Shown here piece by piece: positions 52,355 through 64,000 of a DNA stretch of 64,000 nt. Below the pieces are notes generated by a model that worked only from the letters and a program-made list of their open reading frames with translations, was not told the origin of the DNA and did no database searches. Source of the stretch: Octopus sinensis (Eukaryota); NCBI RefSeq assembly GCF_006345805.1, contig NC_043009.1, forward strand, positions 8,370,001 through 8,434,000, in the 5' to 3' direction. A program made the translations under genes and the position numbers. Position 1 is the first letter of the stretch. Every line of letters begins with the position of its first letter.

Positions 52355-52758
52355 CTGTGATATCTAGTAAAAGATGTAAGTTTGCTTCCCAGTCACGTAT
52401 TTTTAGGTTCAATCCCACAGTGTGGCACCTTGGGCAAATGTTTTCTGCTACAGCCAACCTAAACCTTGTGGATGGATTTGGTACATGGAAACTGAAAGGA
52501 GCCTGTGATATATATATATATATATATATATATGCATGTGTTGGTGTCTGTGTTTGTCCTCAACCACTGCTTTACAACCAGTGTAGGTGTGTTTACATCC
52601 CCATGATATAGCAGTAGTTCAGCAAAAAAAAGGTCAATAGCATAAGTCCCAGGTTTAATAAAGTAAGTACTGAGGTTAATCCATTCAACTAAAATTCATC
52701 AAGGCAGTGCTCCAGCATGGCCACATTCTGATAACAAAAACAATTGAAAGATAAAAGA
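52355..52758 (+). mobile_element. SINE family A-related (old copy)
   Basis: Diverged match. Confidence 0.7.
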
Positions 52759-52821
52759 TTATTTATATATGTGTAAGTAAGTAGTGTGTGTGTATGTAAG
52801 ATGGGCTTTCACACAGTTTCT

Positions 52822-53050
52822 TATTTCTTTATTGCCCACAAGTGGCTAAACATAGAGGGGACAAACAAGGACAGACAAAGGGATTAAGTCGATTAGATCA
52901 ACCCCAATGCATAACTGATATTTAATTTATCGACCCCGAAAGGATGAAAGGAAAAATTGACCTCAGCAGAATTTGAACCCAGAACGTAAATTAGGCGAAA
53001 TACCGCTAAGCATTTTGTCCGGTGTGCTAACATTTCTGCCAGCTCACCGC
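52822..53050 (-). mobile_element. SINE family B
   Basis: TSD cacacagtttct. Confidence 0.85.
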
Positions 53051-53985
53051 TTCCACACAGTTTCTGCCAACCAAATTTCAAGCTCTCATGGTGCTGCTTA
53101 ACTTAAAGTGATAGTAAAGAACACCTACCAGTGGTGACATGCAATAAATCAAACCTGGTTGTGAGGTGAAATCGAGTATGGGTTAGCCCGACATGCAGGA
53201 CATCCTGCCTGTCACCAACCGATGCCTGTTTCCAAGTAATGTAATATTTCCTGATGGCCAGACATAATTTCGCAGAATACTGGAAATGAATAACATTCAT
53301 TAACAACAATCATGTGATGCCGAAACAAGGAAACGCAAACATACACACACTCACACATACATGCATGCATACACGCGCATGTGCATATGTTTCTTTCAAT
53401 TTCTGTCTGCCACACATACTTAAAAAAAGTTTTGGTCAGCCTGGAGTTATGGTAGAAGACACTTGCCCAAGGTGCCACGTGGTGAGACTGAACCGGAAAC
53501 CATTAGGTTGAGAAGCAAACCTCTTAACCATTCAGCCACACCCAATCTATTTCACTGTATTTCAATGACATTCAGTTCAAGCCTTGAGAGATTTTGATAT
53601 TATTTTATTATTGTTACTCTTGTTATTATTTATTGTTATTGTTGCTTGTTTTGTTTTTTCCTTTCTTTCTTTTTCTTTTAGTAACATATAGCTCCTAACT
53701 AAATTGCGTTCCAGTTTACTAAATAGCTGTTGGGTCACCTAACCAACTTTTGTTATCTTTCATTTTCCTAGTAACATTTCAGTTTTGTACCACATTGTTC
53801 TATTTGTATGCTTACTGTCAGACACACACACACACACACGTAAATATATATATATATATATATATCCCAACTCTCAGATTAGAGTTTGTATAAAGATGCC
53901 AACAAAGTAGCATTTCCTCAACAGGCTCTCTCCCTCCTCTTTCTCTCCCTGTCTATCTATCTCTTTCTCTTAACACACACACGCA

Positions 53986-54043
<58 letters not shown>

Positions 54044-54044
54044 T

Positions 54045-54457
54045 AGGCATAGGAGTGGCTGTGTGGTAAGTAGCTTGCTTACCAACCACACGGTTCTGGG
54101 TTCAGTCCCACTGCATGGCACCTTGGGCAAGTGTCTTCTACTATAGCTTCGGGTCGACCAAACCTTTGTGAGTGAATTTGGTAGAAGGAAACTGAAAGAA
54201 GCCCGTCGCATATATGTATATATGTATGTGTGTGTACATGTTTGTGTGTCTGTGTTTGTCCCCCCAACATCACTTGACAGCATCGCTTGACAACCGATGC
54301 CGGTGTGTTTACGCACCCGTAACTTAGCGGTTCAGCAAAAGAGCCTGATAGAATAAGTATTAAGCTTACAAAGAATAAGTCCTGGGGTCGATTTGCTCGA
54401 CTAAAGGCAGTGCTCCAGCATGGCCACAGTCAAATGACTGAAACAAGTAAAAGAGTA
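54045..54457 (+). mobile_element. SINE family A
   Basis: Full-length copy. Confidence 0.9.
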
Positions 54458-54459
54458 AT

Positions 54460-54527
54460 ATTTTGGCTGAAATATATCTAAGTTTATGTATATATATATA
54501 TAAACTTAGATATATTTCAGCCAAAAT
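54460..54527. repeat. Perfect 28-bp inverted repeat centred on (TA)n
   Basis: attttggctgaaatatatctaagtttat / ataaacttagatatatttcagccaaaat. Confidence 0.95.
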
Positions 54528-54599
54528 TGGTCCAGGCCATGACTAACTTAATAACACCACCTGATAGAGTCTGTTGAATTATTTTTCATTCAAGTTTTG

Positions 54600-55400
54600 T
54601 GGTTGTCAATATCCAAACGTTTCCATGAAGAACCAGTCTTGTACTCCTTTGTTACAGCCTGGAAAACTACAATAAACAGAAGCAGGTTGAAAAATTGAGC
54701 CGTGATGAACACCTGCTTGCACACAATTCCTCATGAACTTGTTGCTTACTTCACCTTGCTAACAGTATCTCTGTACATGACTTGCACAGATCTCACAAGC
54801 CATTCCTTTTCCACTAATTTTCTTTGGTAACTCTCACTCAACAGATTGTGGAACTCTATCAAAAAACTTCTATGGGTCAGTGAATGCTAAGTATGGTTTC
54901 GTGCTATTGGTTAGCATCTTCTCTTGTAGTTGTCTCACAAAATAGAAGGTGACAGTGGTACCACATCTCAGTACAAACCTAAACTGTGTCTCAACTAAAC
55001 AAATTTTCTTCCTAATTAAGATCCTCTTCTTTTTTCATAACTTCATCCTCTATTTTCATGCATCTGTAACTGTTTCTTTTTAGAGAATTTCCTCTGGCGT
55101 TGTAGCAGTTGATAATGATATTGCTATGCCATTCGTTACTTCCCTGTACAGCTTGATTAACTATTTGAGTAATTAATGTGTCCTACCCCTCCAGATATTA
55201 TTAGCACCCCAGCAAATATCATTATTTTTCCCCAGTTTTTATATCCTTAATGACTATTTTAATCATTTTGCTCTTTACTACATTTGCTGTTAAATTTTTC
55301 AGTTGCCCAAATTATTTCTAGTTCATACTTTAATCAGTGTCTTTTAAGTTGAATTGATATGTATTATCTATTTCATTTTTTGTTTTACTGGTGATGCTTT
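54600..55400 (-). mobile_element. RTE-clade LINE RT remnant
   Basis: Minus strand gives QFRFVLRCGTTVTFYFVRQLQEKMLT..PYLAFTD, FDRVP, EWLVRSVQVMYRDTVSKV. Confidence 0.75.
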
Positions 55401-55414
55401 GCATAGAAGCAGTA

Positions 55415-55643
55415 TTAACCCTTTCGTTACCCTATTTATTTTGAGATGCTCTGTGTTTCAATCAATTATTTTAGATATAACAAAGAATTTAGTTAAATAA
55501 CTAAGTTATCATTAAGCTAGTGTTAAGAACATAAATTGTGACTAAGGTTTGGTGGAAGATTTTAATTCAAAACTTATGAAAACAAGACATTTGTACTACA
55601 GAGCCATAGCTGGTTTCAGCCGGGTTGGTAACGAAAGGGTTAA
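55415..55643. mobile_element. P1 MITE
   Basis: TTAA-ccctttcgttacc ... ggtaacgaaaggg-TTAA. Confidence 0.9.
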
Positions 55644-56413
55644 GAACATTTACAGTAAACAGTCAAATCTCATTCCTCTGTATCCTAGCATTTATTCCAC
55701 TCCTGTTCAGAGTCCACTAATATTCATATTGATGCAACCAAGATGTTGCTCAAATCAATGTGCTACTCCATCTGACACTGGAGGCTTGTCACTATCAATT
55801 ATATCCTGAAGACCCTGTTTCCCACCTCAAAAAGACTAATGAAAAGAGGTGGAATTTGGACTCAAAGTATTGGGTTGGCCAAAAAGTCTGTTTTTTTTTT
55901 TAGTGTCATCTGTCCGGTCTTCTAATCACTGTTCCGATATTCTTTTTCTTTAGAAACTGTATTCGGTATAACGACCAAGGTTTGATCAGCTACCTCTTGT
56001 CATGGGTCTGTACCAGAAGAGCCACTTAGCACCACAACATTAGTAGCAGCAAAAGAACAAAATGATATAAGTATAGCAGCACAATTTTTGTCCTTAATAA
56101 GTTAAAAGAAGGGTAGCCACCACGATCTTTGCACCACTCCACTGTTGCTGACATTCATGCTATTGATGCACAGGTTGTATTTTCATGATTTAATATGGAC
56201 AGGGAGGAAGATTCTAAACAGCTATAGCTTCTCAGGAGAAATTGCTTCAAGGTCTGAGGAATATTGCAAAACTGTAAAGATTGAGAAGAGGATTAAGGTA
56301 AGGAAAGACAAAGGTAATATTTAGTTGCTGGTAATTTGCGGTAGAAGACGCAGGAAAAAAAAAACATCAATATGTCAGATATCTTCTGTTTTGTGTGTCA
56401 TCCAAGAATAGTC

Positions 56414-56860
56414 TTAACCTTTTAGCATTTAATCTGGCTGCATCCAGGCCAAAATATTCTACCTGTTTTATGCTAGAACAGACTAAATCCTGCTTCTTAC
56501 ACCTGCCCTGCAATGACCTTCTAAAAATAAACAATCACATCATCAAAATCTAGAAGCTATGAGATAATGCATAATTTTTTTTTCTTTACTGCCCACAAGG
56601 GGTTAAACACAGAGGGGACAAATAAGGACAGACAAACGGATTAAGTCGATTACATCAACCCCAGTGCATAACTGGTACTTAATTTATTGACCCCGAAAGG
56701 ATGAAAGGCAAAGTCAACCTCGGCGGAATTTGAACTCAGAACATAACAACAGACGAAATACGGCTAAGCATTTCGCCCAGCATGCTAACGTTTCTGCCAG
56801 CTTGCCGGTGAATAAATAAGCATTACATTTGCCAAAGTAATCTAAATGCTAAAGAGTTAA
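56414..56860. mobile_element. P2 MITE interrupted by a SINE B (56580-56808, minus)
   Basis: TTAA ends; SINE B body inside. Confidence 0.75.
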
Positions 56861-59223
56861 GGGAACCAGTTACCATCTGACTGTCAGGTGAATACAGTAG
56901 GAATAGTGGAGACTTTCTTTACATTACAGCACAAGATTGTATACTTTAGTTGTTCTGAATTCAAATTATACCAGTGTCAGCTTTATCTTTTATTCCTCTG
57001 GGACTGATGAAGTAATTATTCATAATATATTTATACCCTTTTCCTACAATAATAAGTCCCTGAACCCAGACAAAGTACATCAATTTAGCATTGTATGATT
57101 GCCACAGTGGGATCATTAATCAAATATTGGACAATTTCAGATCAGTTAAATTTCAGTGAGTACTATATTCATATTGTTATTGTTTAGCCCCAGGCCTAAC
57201 CTGAACAGGCTGATCTATGGGCAAAGGCATTCAAGTTATGACCATAGTAATAAAATCTATATTGCATTAGCCAATGTTGATAGTAAGAGGATTTGTTTGC
57301 CATTTTTAGCTGGTCAAGAAACCACACCTTCATGTTTGTGATGAATGGCTATTTGAAGAATAGTTCCAAATGTATCTTATGAGTTGCTTAATATTTTATA
57401 ACTAATTGCTAGGATAATCTCAGCTGATTGAAGTTTTTCAACTCACTAAGTCACATACGTGAAAACCTACTGTACATATTTGTACTTAATATACAGGACA
57501 CTCCCCTAGAGGACTTCCTTTCAACCATATTATTGATATTTATCATCAGCATCACTCCATTCTCTCTATTTCAACATTTGTAGGTGCAGGCATGGCTGTG
57601 TACATACAAAGTTCACTTCCCAACCACATGGCTTCAAGTTCAGTTCTGCTGCATGGCACCTTGTGCACATATCTTCTGCTCTGGACCTGATTATGTATAA
57701 AAATGTGTGTGTACATGTATGCAATAGAAGTTAAGTAGAAAATCCAGCAACTGTTTCTGATTAATTTTCAACTGTTGCTAATTAAAGGACTAAACAAAAC
57801 CATGACATTTTTATGCAAATTTCCGCATACAGTTATCAGCTGTTACCCCCTTTTTTCCCCATGTTTCAAATTTCTAAGTCTAAACCCTCTGTATATATTT
57901 TGAATGTATTAGAAATGACATTCATAAAATGTGAATGGATTTGGCAGAAGGAAATTAAAAGAAGCTTATTGTGTGTGAAGAGGGTGGGAGTGTTTGTGTG
58001 CATGTGTGTGTGTATGGATGAGTGTTTCTATCCCCTCGTTTTGATGTTAGGCTGCAATAGTTGTGAAGCATGTATCACTATCATTGAAGCAGTGATATTT
58101 GTTTTCAGTCTTCCATGAAAACATGTCCGGCCATGAGGAAACATTACCTTTGCTTAGAAACAGATGAAGGTTGGCAGCAAGAAGAACATCCAGCCATAGA
58201 AAAGCTGCCTCGACAAACTCCATCAGACCCATGTGGGCATGGAAAAATGGGCATCATCATCATCATCATCATTATTGTCATGAGGAGGAGAGGAGGATGA
58301 CAACGATGATTGATTATGCTTTGTCTTTGCTGTGTAAGAATATGATTTGCTGAGGTCCAACAAGATTGAAAAATATCCCTTGATTTAACCAACTGGCTTT
58401 AAAGACAAAGAACCCACCCCCACTCACACTACGCCATTTCTACATTTTCTACATTTTTCTAAAGATTTCAATTAAGTGCTTTTATTGCCAATATCTGACT
58501 TGCATGTTGTTTTTAGATTTTTAAACATCCCTAGAGGGAGTTTCTGTCCACTAATTGCTTGAATAATCTGAGTTGATCGAAATTTTTTCAACTCGCTATA
58601 TATTAGACATGTGAGCCTCAACCTTATTTGTATAGAGTATGCAGAATGCTCCTCCCTGGGGGTATTTTCCCCTCTTGCAGCCATGGTCTTGAAAGAAATA
58701 GACCGAAAATAGTGCGAAGATAGCAAAGAGAGAGAACAAGGATATTAAGGAGAAGAAGTTGAGGAGAAAGAGAGATTTGGCGCGGGGGTGGGGGGGGCGG
58801 ATGCAGGCATTGGGCCAGGGCAGGAAAAAGGTAATTGAGAATTTGAAAAATCTGAGATAATTGAATGAAGTGAAGAGAGAATGATTAATCCTTATTATCA
58901 CCTCTATCATTCTTTTTCCTCATCATCGTTATCACTGTCATCATTATCATCAGCATCTCAATCGTTTTCTACTATCATAATCACCTCCTTCATAATCATC
59001 ATCATCAGAGTTATCATCACCATTACTATCATCACACTTCTAGCAGTGCATTCAAAAATGCTAACTGGAGTATGGAAATGGGTTTTTTTGTTTTATTTTG
59101 TTGGGTTTTTTTTTTACTATTTATTTTTATTCCTTCTTTCTTTGAAATAGAATTGGAAAATGATAAGAATATCCTAAGTTCTCTATCTCTCCCTCTTCTT
59201 TTCTATCTATCTGTCTGTGTATG

Positions 59224-59262
<39 letters not shown>

Positions 59263-59879
59263 TAAATAACTAAAAGATTATACATATTTCAGGCTAGTTT
59301 CTAACTAAGATCTGTCCTATGAAAACACTGAATTCTTGCTAATGTAAAGATAATGCCGTGATGGTGGCACTAGTGGCGACATTGGTGATGGTGGTGGTGG
59401 TAGAGGCAGCAGTGGTTAATATTAAATGTGGTGCATTCAGTTTGTTGTTTATCACACCACACAGCACTAACACAATGTCCGAGTTTACCAAATGCAATGC
59501 CTTGTTCTACTAAAACCATTATTTATCTCTATGAAATATCTTTCATCTTAAGTCTTCAAACAAATGACAGCTTTGTTTCAACTGTTGTTGTTCTTCTTCT
59601 TCTTGCTTTACAACAACAACAACAACAACAACTCTAAAGACAAACTAAACAAATAATCAAAACAAAAACAAATCTATTGCAATATATTTTTTTTTTACAT
59701 AATTTATTGCTTTATTTTTAGGGTTGTAGTCATTGTAGTTGGTGTTGTTGTTGGTGTATTTCATGTAAATTGCAATTGAGATCTTAGAATCTTAGAATTC
59801 CATCTGCTGCAGGGATATGAACAGGAAATACACTAACACAGCAATTATAGAATATTAAACAAACAAACACAACAAAAAC

Positions 59880-59883
59880 TTAT

Positions 59884-59927
<44 letters not shown>

Positions 59928-59957
59928 GTATATATATGTATATATATGTATATTATG

Positions 59958-59990
<33 letters not shown>

Positions 59991-60022
59991 TATGTATATA
60001 TATATGTATATGTATATATATG

Positions 60023-60075
<53 letters not shown>

Positions 60076-60174
60076 GTATATATATATATGTATATGTATA
60101 TATATGTATATATATATATGTATATATATGTATATATATATATGTATATATGTATATATATATATATATATATG

Positions 60175-60216
<42 letters not shown>

Positions 60217-60225
60217 GTATATTAT
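59880..60225. repeat. (TA)n/(TATG)n microsatellite
   Basis: Seen directly in the sequence. Confidence 0.95.
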
Positions 60226-60363
60226 AAGCTCTGTAAGATGAGATTTAACATCTAATACTTATGGGATGATTGTAGTGATGGGAACCATTTCCTTCTATTT
60301 TCAATTGAGGATTTTGTGAATTAATTTGTTTTATAGAAGCAAAAGCAGGAGAATGTGTTTTTC

Positions 60364-60421
<58 letters not shown>

Positions 60422-60648
60422 TTAATGCCCTGTTGCTAGTGCTATATATTGGTTATTTGCTAACAGTTTGTTTTCGCTGTTGTTTAGTACCAGGTCAACT
60501 CTGGTTGCTCAAACCTGTGATCAAAGGTGTTCCAACCAAAACGAACCTGTCGTTCTTTGTCAAGCATTGATCAGGTGTGGGCTGTGATTGAGAAAATTGC
60601 TTCCCAGGTAACATGGTTTCAGGTTCAGTCTCACTTTCTTTCTTTCTG

Positions 60649-60692
<44 letters not shown>

Positions 60693-60953
60693 TCACCTGT
60701 TTCGGTCAGTAGACTTTGGCCATGCTGGGGTACCACCTTCAAGAATTTATAGTCAAATAAATCAACCCCAGTGCTTCCTTATTTTAAGCTTCGTACATTT
60801 TCTATCAGTTACTTTTGCCAAACTGCTAAGTTACAGGGATGTAAACAAACCAATACCGATTGTCAAGTGGTGGTGGAGTAGGGAAGAAACACACACGACT
60901 CATTTCAATGGTTCATTCTAGCTATGGCTTTGCTTGTATATGAGAAAGCAGCC

Positions 60954-61004
<51 letters not shown>

Positions 61005-61426
61005 AACAAACCAATACCAACTGTTGTTATTATTATTGTTTAATGGAAGGACAGGACCTATGACCTTTTTTTGAGAGACTCTGAGACTGGTGAAAGGTTG
61101 TTGTGGAAATTGTCATGAGACCTGACCTAAATGTTTGCAACAGTGGTAACTCTGCTTGAGATACCCAAGACCCAGGTCAGGATACTAAGCTGAGTGACAG
61201 ATTAAATTTGCCATTCAAGAGCAGAAACAGTCCATCAGATGGACTTCCTAAGCTTCCATCTATTAAACTTCACTCATAAGTCTTTGGCAGAGACATTTGC
61301 CTAAGGTATCACACAGTGGATTTGAACTCAGAACCATGTGATTTTGAAGTGAGTTCCTTACACGCAGCCTTCCAAGGAAAAGCTAAATTGACCTTGGTGT
61401 CGTTTGGCAGAAAACACAAAGTGTTT

Positions 61427-62199
61427 CACTGGTACTTAATTTATTGACCCCGAAAGAATGAAAGGCCAAGTCGACCTTGGCGGAATTTGAACTCAGAACA
61501 TAAGGACAGACAAAATGCTGCTAAGCATTTTGCCCAGCATGCTAATGATTCTGCCAGCTTGCTGCCTAAATAATAATATATAAATAGATAAATACTGCTG
61601 GTCATTTTATCAGACTCTGTAACATTTCAACCAATAACTTTATTCTATTCCAAAAATATTGATTTTTATAACAATAATAGTAATAAAAAAATTTTCTAAT
61701 TTTGGCACAAGGCCAGCAATTTTGAGGGGAGAGAGTAAGTTGATTGCACTGATCCAGTATTTGACTAGTGCTGTTTCATTGACCTCAAAAGGGATGTCAG
61801 AAGTATCTAGATAACATCCCAGGAGCACCATGTCTCAGAGAAATCCAAAAGATTGTATTGACAAGTACTGCCCACATCCTTAGAATAACCCTATCCATTT
61901 AAACATCCTCAAAATTGACCTCAGTAGAATTTGATCTTAAAACATAAAGAACTGACAGGAATGTAGTTAATCATATTGTCTGATGTGCTAATGATTCTGC
62001 CAGCTCATCACCTTGATGAGGATAATAGTTGTTTCAAGTTTTGGCACAAAGCCAGCAATTTTAGTGTGAGTTTGGGTTAGTCAATTACACTGACCCCCAC
62101 TCAGTATTTGACTGGTACTTCCTTTTATTAGCCCTAAAGATGCTGCTAAGCATTTTGTCTAACATGCTGATGATACTGCCAAATTACTGCCTTAATGGT

Positions 62200-62237
<38 letters not shown>

Positions 62238-62500
62238 CAATAATAATCCTTTCTACAATAGGCACAATGTGAAATTTTGTGGGGAGGGGTTAGTCAATTA
62301 CATCAACCTCAGTGCTCAACTGGTACTTATTTTATTGAGACTGAAAATATAAACAGCAAAGTTAACTGCAGCAGAATTTCATCTAAGCACTTTGTCCATC
62401 ATGTTAATGAATCCATCAGCTCACTGTTTTAATAAAATAAGTGCCAGTCAAGTCCCTTTGTCAACATTTCAGGCCCTGTGCCTACAACAGAAAGGATTAT
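61427..62500 (-). mobile_element. Cluster of decayed SINE B copies
   Basis: Repeated ggcacaaggccagcaatt, actggtactta and gattctgccagct motifs. Confidence 0.65.
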
Positions 62501-62729
62501 TATTATTATTATTATGTTGATGATTAGCAATGATGATAATTTGAAAACTGCAGTAGTAAAAGCAATTAAATTGACCGCACAAGCCAACAAGTAAAAACAT
62601 ACTCTACATTTTAAAAAAAGAAATGACATACTCTATAAGGTAGCCCTGAATGCATTATACCTAAAAATTAGATGTAGTGGTCACAACTGGAATTACAGGC
62701 CCATTCAATCAAAGTGGACCTGGGACTAA

Positions 62730-63120
62730 ACAGTGTCATTATACAGAATCAAGCCATCACCATGAGACTTTGTGAAGGGACTGTCCATAATTTCTACAAT
62801 ATACAATTGAGAGCTAAACACAGAATTTAGTATATTTTCAGAAACACTATACAACACTGTATCAGGATATCCCACATTATCTCCCGCAAAACATACTTGG
62901 AGATACACTGACAAAGCAAAAATTGTCTACATATGCCATGCTATTGAATTTCCCCTCCTTCATGGGAAACCACTGATATTCATATGTTATGAAACTCCAG
63001 CTATCTTTAAAAACAATATTGTGAAGATGCCGTGGAAAATTAGTGCTGAGACACATTACCAGATACCACATCAATTTCCATGACAAAAATTCTGATAGTA
63101 TTTTAGTAATTGTCATGGCA
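62730..63120 (-). mobile_element. Possible decayed non-LTR RT fragment
   Basis: PRHLHNIV...SMAYVDN resembles the SPxLFNxx...AYADD spacing. Confidence 0.3.
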
Positions 63121-64000
63121 ATACTAAATCACTATAATGTACAGAAGCAAGGAAAAAAGTTAAGGTATTACACTGACTTGGATATTGAATTTAAAATATA
63201 TTATGGCTTTTAAGGAAATGTGCTGTGTGGTTGGAAAATTTGCTTCCTAACCATGTAGCCTCAGTTCAATCCTGCCATGTGGCACCTAGGGTAAGTGTCT
63301 TCTAGTATAGCACTGGACCAACCAAAGCCTTGTGAATGGATTTGGTGGATGGAAACTGTAAGAAGGCTATTGTATATGTAAATACATATATGAATCTATG
63401 TGTCTGTGTTTATTTGTGTGTACCTTGTCTTCAGATCGTGCGACAACTGTAAATGAACATCACATGTGATGCTGTTTGTTTCCAGTCTTCTGTGAAAAAT
63501 ATGTCTAGCTATGGCAAAATATTATCTTACCTGAAAACAGGTGAGGGGTTGGTGACAGGGAAAGCATCTTGTTATTGAAAAATGTGACTCAGATTCTATG
63601 TAACCTGTGTGAGCATGTGAAAGTGGATGCTAAATGATGATGATGATGATCAACCATCCTATTTGTAATTGACACAACTGGAATGATACATAACTACATT
63701 TGCAAAACACAAACAGATTACCTGTAATTATAGACATCAGGGATATTCCAGGGAATAGCAACACAAGGAACTGTAAATATTACTGAGGCATTCTCATTCG
63801 CCATTTGTTTAACCTTGAATATTTTTATGCCTGTTTTCCAAGCTGTACTTAATTCTTGTTTTAAGAAAGATAAGTTTTGATGTATTTCTCAAACCATGAA
63901 ATAATAAAGGTAATAAAAATAACGATGATGATAATGATAAAAACATCATTGAAAGCTAACGAGATAGTTTGTGTAAATTCCCTAGACTTGGAAATCTGCC

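Overview
AT-rich animal DNA dense in repeats. I infer a coleoid cephalopod, most likely Octopus, from the tRNA-derived SINE families and the very long (TA)n/(TG)n tracts. I found no intact host protein-coding exon; the supplied ORFs are microsatellite or repeat artefacts, or decayed transposon frames. The window reads as a large intron or intergenic region. It is filled with several SINE families, RTE and CR1-type LINE remnants, a decayed mariner, a decayed maT-like Tc1/mariner element, an internally deleted Ty3/Gypsy provirus, TTAA (piggyBac-type) and hAT MITEs, and micro/minisatellites. The most notable unannotated signal is a set of minimal type I hammerhead-ribozyme motifs from at least three or four unrelated sequence families. 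The best is at 42101-42151, in the loop of a 44-bp foldback. Decayed ones are at 35412-35471, 47428-47480, and a three-copy family at 10462-10500, 13099-13140 and 17154-17194. They resemble Penelope-like-element or retrozyme hammerheads. Two copies of the three-copy family form a long-range inverted pair with a + strand G-U bias. The window also holds many long non-SINE hairpins (11535-11782, 25225-25436, 28044-28119, 54460-54527 and others) that are candidate ADAR or small-RNA substrates. All structures were read by eye; no folding or database search was run.
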